A stretch of DNA of 64,000 bases from Candidatus Parcubacteria bacterium (GTDB lineage: Bacteria; Patescibacteriota; Patescibacteriia; Patescibacteriales; UBA12075). The stretch is from assembly GCA_963814275.1 (NCBI GenBank), contig CAWFCE010000002.1:875263-939262 (forward strand), read 5' to 3'. Each line of letters opens with the position of its first letter. The stretch's first letter is position 1. The notes beneath the pieces were generated by a model. That model was given only the letters and a program-made list of their open reading frames with translations. It had not been told where the DNA came from and searched no databases. The position numbers and the translations under genes are program-made. Below are positions 59,060-64,000 of the stretch, in pieces.

Positions 59060-60808
59060 ATGCCTATGAAACAGAATAATCTGAAAATCCGGTTGGTTTA
59101 CGGGTTTCTGATCTTTGCCACCGTGGCCGCGGTATCCTCTTGGACGCCGCCGGCGGCGGAAGCGGCAAGCGCTAATCTCATAACCAACCCATCATTCGAA
59201 GATGCGGGGACAGGTGGTCTGCCCTTGGGCTGGAAACAAAGTTCCTGGGGGTCGATCCAGTCAAACTTCGTATATCCGGTAACGGGCCATAGCGGCGCGA
59301 AAGCGGCGGCAGTCAGCGTAACCCAGCGGACGAACGGCGATGCCAAGTGGTATTTCGACGACGTACCGGTAACAGCCGGGGAAACCTATGATTTTTCCGA
59401 CTATTACAAGTCTACGGCGGCAAGCGAAGTGGATCTTCGCTACACATATGCCGACGGCCATGTTACGTACCATTGGCTGGCCGCATTGGCGGCCGCGCCG
59501 GACTGGACGGTATTCGAGAATACGATCGAAGTGCCGGCTGATGCCGTGTCGGTCACGGTATTCCACCTGATCTACAGTGTGGGCACGCTGACAGTCGATG
59601 ACTACAGCCTCGCTCCCTTGACAGTTGACAGCGGGACCACCTTCGATACCGGTATGATATCATTGACTTTCGATGACGGCTGGTACAACCAATACGAGAA
59701 TGCCTTGCCGATACTGGACAATGCCGGCATCAAAGGCACTTTCTTCATCGTCACCGATGACGCCAAGTCCGAAGCCGGCGCCACGGCAGATACCACCGTT
59801 CCGGATCCGGCCAATCTGATCGCCAATCCGAGCTTTACGGACAGCCAGGCAGGCCAGCCGACCGGCTGGAACGGCGATTATTGGGGAAATATCGCCGCCA
59901 GTTTCGACTACCCTGTTCCCGGTCCGTCTGATGCCCAGGCGGCCAAAGTCACGGTCACCAGCCGCACGGACGGCGATGCCAAATGGTATTTCAATGAAGT
60001 ACCGGTCGTACCGGGCGATACCTACCAATTCTCCGACCAGTATAAGTCCACAGTCGGCAGTGAAGTGGATATCGAGTATCTGATGGCGGACGGGACATAC
60101 CAGTATGATTGGCTGGCTGATCTGCCAGCCGCCTCGTCCTGGACCGATTACAGCACATCGTTCACGGTTCCGGCCAACGTGGCCGGTGTCAGCATTTTCC
60201 ATTTGCTGTATAAGCCGGGAGAACTGACAGTCGACAACTATGTCCTGAGCGGCGAAGTCGGCGCACCATTGCCGGCGGAAGAGCGCCTGTTCATGAACCC
60301 GGCGGAACTCCAGGCCATGAGCGAAGCAGGCCAGGATATCGGCGACCATACGCTTACCCACGCCCATCTGACGCAGATCAGCCCGGCGGAAGCGCAATCG
60401 GAGATTGCGGGCGCCAAGCAGGATCTGTACAGCTTCGGCATCGATACCGTCAAGTCCTTCGCCTATCCTTACGGCGAATATGACGGTACTACCGAGAGCC
60501 TGGTCCAGGCGGCCGGATTCACCGGCGCGCGCAGTGTTGACCGCGGCTACAATACCAAGGCAACCAACCGCTACGCGCTGAAGATCCAGCAGATAGACCC
60601 GACCACGACGATAGCCCAGGTACAGCAATGGATCAATAAGGCGAAAGCTGACAAGACCTGGCTGATCCTGATGTTCCATGATGTGATGCCGACAGGAGGG
60701 GATGAACTGAGCACCACACCGCAATTCCTGCAGGGGATAGTGGATTATGTGCAATCAAGCGGGATCAAGCCGATAACCATGGCCCAGGGCCTGGATATGA
60801 TGCCCTAA
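59060..60808 (+). CDS. secreted polysaccharide deacetylase (NodB domain) with two CBM4/9-like modules
   Basis: Signal peptide. Twice N(L)I(T/A)NPSF(E/T)D...GW...DAKWYF..VPV..G.TY.FSD.YKS. NodB motifs LTFDDGW, DHTLTH, YPYGEYD and LILMFHDV. Confidence 0.8.
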   Translation: MPMKQNNLKIRLVYGFLIFATVAAVSSWTPPAAEAASANLITNPSFEDAGTGGLPLGWKQSSWGSIQSNFVYPVTGHSGAKAAAVSVTQRTNGDAKWYFDDVPVTAGETYDFSDYYKSTAASEVDLRYTYADGHVTYHWLAALAAAPDWTVFENTIEVPADAVSVTVFHLIYSVGTLTVDDYSLAPLTVDSGTTFDTGMISLTFDDGWYNQYENALPILDNAGIKGTFFIVTDDAKSEAGATADTTVPDPANLIANPSFTDSQAGQPTGWNGDYWGNIAASFDYPVPGPSDAQAAKVTVTSRTDGDAKWYFNEVPVVPGDTYQFSDQYKSTVGSEVDIEYLMADGTYQYDWLADLPAASSWTDYSTSFTVPANVAGVSIFHLLYKPGELTVDNYVLSGEVGAPLPAEERLFMNPAELQAMSEAGQDIGDHTLTHAHLTQISPAEAQSEIAGAKQDLYSFGIDTVKSFAYPYGEYDGTTESLVQAAGFTGARSVDRGYNTKATNRYALKIQQIDPTTTIAQVQQWINKAKADKTWLILMFHDVMPTGGDELSTTPQFLQGIVDYVQSSGIKPITMAQGLDMMP

Positions 60809-60941
60809 AGCCGTAATTGTTATCCCTAACTGTTCCATATCCGAAACCGGTATATGTATTCAGATACCGCGTAATTGAGTTAAGTCCCCGGTAGACCGTC
60901 GATTTATCCGGGGTTGACCAGAATTCCAGGCCTTGGCCTTA

Positions 60942-60965
60942 AAAACCAGGGCCTGGTTTTTGTTA
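60942..60965 (+). terminator. rho-independent terminator
   Basis: aaaaccagg-g-cctggtttt followed by TG TT. Confidence 0.7.
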
Positions 60966-61212
60966 AAATAATTTTTATGCGGCTTGCCCGGCCTGTGTAT
61001 AAGCATTCCCGGTCATTCAATCCGTATGACAGAATGGTAAATTCGTGTCATAGCTACGAATAAATATTTATCGTAAAAATTCGAGCCAGAAGTTGATTTT
61101 TTGCCTTGACTATAGGGACCGTATTTGTTAAAGTGAAATTCCATATAGAAAGGTGTTAAAAATTATTTAGAATCATATAAATTTTATTAAAATTTAATCA
61201 GAACGAAACTCT

Positions 61213-63999
61213 ATGACAAATACCCTATGGCGAAGGAGGGGTGTTTACAAAACTTTGCATGTCTTGAGCATGCTCTTACTTATTTTCAACATGTCTGCAT
61301 TAGGCGTGTTTTTTGTGGCTGAAAGCGCCAACGCTACAGACACGGTAAAGAAGGAAAATCCCATTACTGTCAAAGCTTATAAAGTGGTTTGCGACAGTGA
61401 GGAGGATTTGCCGAATTGGATGGGGGCGGCGGGATTGCCGTCCGAAACCTATTTTACCGACTATTCCGAACGGATCAGCCCCAGCGCTATTGAAGATTTT
61501 CTGGCGGACCGGCAAGGCCGCTGCCATCTGGAAAGCGGCTGGAAGTTCCAATGGAGTAATACCGGCGAACCGAACCCTGGCGATAACATGGGAGAATATA
61601 TATCAGATAAGTGGACAACGGTCGGTCCGACCGGCGCTGATGGCGCGGTCAGTTTTGTGGTTGATTCCAGAAACCAAGTAAGAGTGCGCGAAGTCTGGCA
61701 AGAAGGATATCAGGAATTTGCCGGGATATCCGCGAGCGGGAATGTGAGTGCCGAGATGGCGTGCGGCAGCGATGTGCATTATTATGATAATTTCGATTAT
61801 GTTGACACGAAATCTGGAGTAGATGATTATTACTGCGTCGCTTTCAATGTCATGGAAAAAAAGCCCAGTTCAACCGCGACCGTAAACGTACAGAAGCTTA
61901 TTAGCGGGACCAGCCAAGACGGTTGGGAATTCGAAGTTAACGGTCAGGATATCGCGACCGCTACCGCTTCCTCGGTGGTCGGTGGTTTTGCCCCTATTAC
62001 AGTATCATTTGACTGTGACAATGCATCCCTTAATGTACTTGAACATCAACAAGCGGACTACTCCCTGGCTACCGCCACTTGCTACAAAACCGATGACGGG
62101 ACCTATGTCGTAGGCAGCAGCGATACCGGCAAAAACGGCGTGTTCAATATCACGGTGAAAGACGGTGACCAGGTGAATTGCATATTCGAAAATGAAACAG
62201 TCAAAAAAGAAACGAAAGGCTCGATCAATGTCTGCAAATACCAGGACGTCGAACTGATCGGGCAAAAAGACGCCAGCGACCAACCCCTGGGCGGTTGGGC
62301 GGTAAGGGCGGTGCTAAACGACAATACGGTCAAGCACGGAACAACCACTCTGGATAACGGCGGTTGCTATACGTTTGAAGATCTTGACCTCGGCACTTGG
62401 GCAGTTCTCGAGGATTACCCCGACAATACCTGGGGCCAAACCTATCCGGCGGCACAATTAAGCATTGATCCCAATGAGCAATATAAGCATGTAGTGGTAT
62501 TGTCCGAAAGCACAACCAGCGCGGAAGTATACTTCCTTAATAAAAAGACAGAAACGCCCCAGACCGGCGCGGTCAAAGTATGCAAATATTATGACGCGGA
62601 CGGAGTGTATGCGGCTGAAAATACCGACGAAAGCGCGGCCACCGATCCCTGGACATTCACGATAACGGACGGAAGCGGCGCCACTACGTCCCTGGTATCG
62701 TCTGCTGAGAATAACTGTGTTATATTCGATAATCTGGCATACGGTAATTATCAGATTGAAGAAGCGGCACAGGCGGGCTGGACCCGGATCTTCCCGGCCG
62801 CTCCGCTTAGCGTTACGGTAGATTCGACCAGCACCGATGAATATAAATTCGTAAATTATAAACAGCCGATAACCGGTACCGGCTCTATCCAGGGCTGCAA
62901 ATGGAACGATGAGAACGGCAACGGCATCTGGGAAGGCCCCAATAACCCGATCGGCAATTACGCCACCTCCAGCTACGAAACGGAAAAACTGGCCGGCTGG
63001 CAGATCGTATTGGAAGGCCCGGTGAAGGCCACCACTACAACCGGGGAGAATGGCTGCTATTTATTCAATAACCTGCCGGACGGAGCATATACGGTGAGTG
63101 AATCCGGAAAAATCGGCTGGGAACAGACCTATCCGAATGCTTCGACATCAGGCGCGGTATTGAGCGATAGCCAATATACCTACAGCATCAATGTTTCCAC
63201 TTCCGCGCCGTACATGTACAATGATTTCGGCAACCATCTGCTGCCCGGCCCTATTTGCGGCAACGATATCAAAGAAACAGGGGAGCAGTGCGATGACGGC
63301 AATCTGGCCAATGGCGATGGCTGCAGCGCGCAATGCACGATAGAAGCCAAACAGCCGGAATGCGGCAACAATATCATCGAATCCGGCGAACAGTGCGACG
63401 GCACGGATACTCCGGCCGGGCGCACCTGCCTGAGTAATTGCACCCTGGCCTCGCAGGGCGGCGGCGGCCTCCTGATACCGACGAACCGCGGCGGCGGCAC
63501 CAGCGGCCAGACCAGCGGCGAACCGCCAGTCGTGGCAGGCGAGGAAGGCGCACCGGCCCTGACGATCGATAAGAGTGTTAACCAGACATTCGCCAATCCG
63601 GGGGATAAGGGTGTCGAATATACCATAGTAGTGGCCAACAACGGCAATCTGACCGCGTTCACGGTGGTTTTGGCCGACAATCTGCCCGATGTCCTGACCT
63701 ACAGCGACGACGGCAGCATTGAACGTTCCTGGCAATTGGGCGATATCGCCCCGGGCACGAGCCAGACCATTACCGTGAAGGTCAATGTCAGCAAGGATGC
63801 CCAGCCGGGCAAAGTCGCCAATCTGGCTACCGCCAGCGCCGCCAACAACGGCGAGGTGAGCGATTCGGCCGAACTTGAAATACGCGAGATCACGGTATTG
63901 GCCGAAACCGGTTTCAGCCTGGGTGAATTCATCGTCCTCCTGTTCACGGCCGCCTGCGCGGCCGGGACAGCCTTCGTCCTCAAGCGGCAAACCGCGTAA
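61213..63999 (+). CDS. cell-wall-anchored adhesin: SdrD/Cna-B-like repeats, two Myxococcus-type Cys-rich repeats, DUF11, LAETG sorting signal
   Basis: Signal peptide. Repeats GSINVCKYQD..GGW.V.., GAVKVCKYYD.., GSIQGCKWNDENGNGIWEG..LAGWQIVLEG...ENGCYLFNNLPDGAYTVSE. CGNDIKETGEQCDDGNLANGDGCSAQC. DUF11 block. C-terminus is VLAETGFS + TM + KRQTA. Confidence 0.8.
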   Translation: MTNTLWRRRGVYKTLHVLSMLLLIFNMSALGVFFVAESANATDTVKKENPITVKAYKVVCDSEEDLPNWMGAAGLPSETYFTDYSERISPSAIEDFLADRQGRCHLESGWKFQWSNTGEPNPGDNMGEYISDKWTTVGPTGADGAVSFVVDSRNQVRVREVWQEGYQEFAGISASGNVSAEMACGSDVHYYDNFDYVDTKSGVDDYYCVAFNVMEKKPSSTATVNVQKLISGTSQDGWEFEVNGQDIATATASSVVGGFAPITVSFDCDNASLNVLEHQQADYSLATATCYKTDDGTYVVGSSDTGKNGVFNITVKDGDQVNCIFENETVKKETKGSINVCKYQDVELIGQKDASDQPLGGWAVRAVLNDNTVKHGTTTLDNGGCYTFEDLDLGTWAVLEDYPDNTWGQTYPAAQLSIDPNEQYKHVVVLSESTTSAEVYFLNKKTETPQTGAVKVCKYYDADGVYAAENTDESAATDPWTFTITDGSGATTSLVSSAENNCVIFDNLAYGNYQIEEAAQAGWTRIFPAAPLSVTVDSTSTDEYKFVNYKQPITGTGSIQGCKWNDENGNGIWEGPNNPIGNYATSSYETEKLAGWQIVLEGPVKATTTTGENGCYLFNNLPDGAYTVSESGKIGWEQTYPNASTSGAVLSDSQYTYSINVSTSAPYMYNDFGNHLLPGPICGNDIKETGEQCDDGNLANGDGCSAQCTIEAKQPECGNNIIESGEQCDGTDTPAGRTCLSNCTLASQGGGGLLIPTNRGGGTSGQTSGEPPVVAGEEGAPALTIDKSVNQTFANPGDKGVEYTIVVANNGNLTAFTVVLADNLPDVLTYSDDGSIERSWQLGDIAPGTSQTITVKVNVSKDAQPGKVANLATASAANNGEVSDSAELEIREITVLAETGFSLGEFIVLLFTAACAAGTAFVLKRQTA

Positions 64000-64000
64000 T

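Noticed and set aside
1-64000. Prophage, integrative element or defence island
   Set aside because: No integrase, transposase, phage structural, restriction-modification, toxin-antitoxin or cas-like proteins were recognisable in any frame.

Overview
This 64-kb window is almost entirely + strand coding, with AT-rich intergenic regions packed with long hairpin or inverted-repeat elements. I saw no rRNA, tRNA, CRISPR array, transposase, integrase or reverse transcriptase. The host is probably a small-genome, monoderm-type, CPR/Patescibacteria-like bacterium. That guess is inference only, based on: a dcw fragment (mraZ-rsmH-ftsL-like-ftsI-murF) that ends without mraY; short TsaB and MurF forms; many GT4 genes; giant repeat-rich surface proteins; LAxTG-type sorting signals; and an oversized RNase P RNA. 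Content by block: (1) 2-3997, the 3' part of a giant hypothetical surface protein. (2) 4059-7154, a minus-strand operon of three secreted proteins, two with OmpA-like C-termini. (3) 7.4-17 kb and 38-44.6 kb, surface-polysaccharide genes: Wzz-like, two O-antigen-ligase-like, five GT4, and a WbaP-type priming transferase. (4) 19-26 kb, tsaB-like plus the dcw fragment. (5) 26-35.4 kb, housekeeping genes cysK, cysS, dus and tgt; cysK is preceded by a candidate Cys-codon leader-peptide attenuator. (6) rnpB at 37.36-37.88 kb. (7) 45.2-56.4 kb, the most unusual block. An archaeal/SipW-type signal peptidase sits among six co-oriented genes with a shared N-terminal processing-like motif, and four of them share a ~170-aa N-domain fused to different Cys-rich, lamin-tail or DUF11 modules. 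This block also holds all eight reading-frame breaks seen in the window. (8) 56.9-64 kb, a processive GT2 plus two deacetylase-type genes (PNAG-like module) and a 928-aa LAETG-anchored adhesin. All functional calls rest on motifs recognised by eye; no database search was run.
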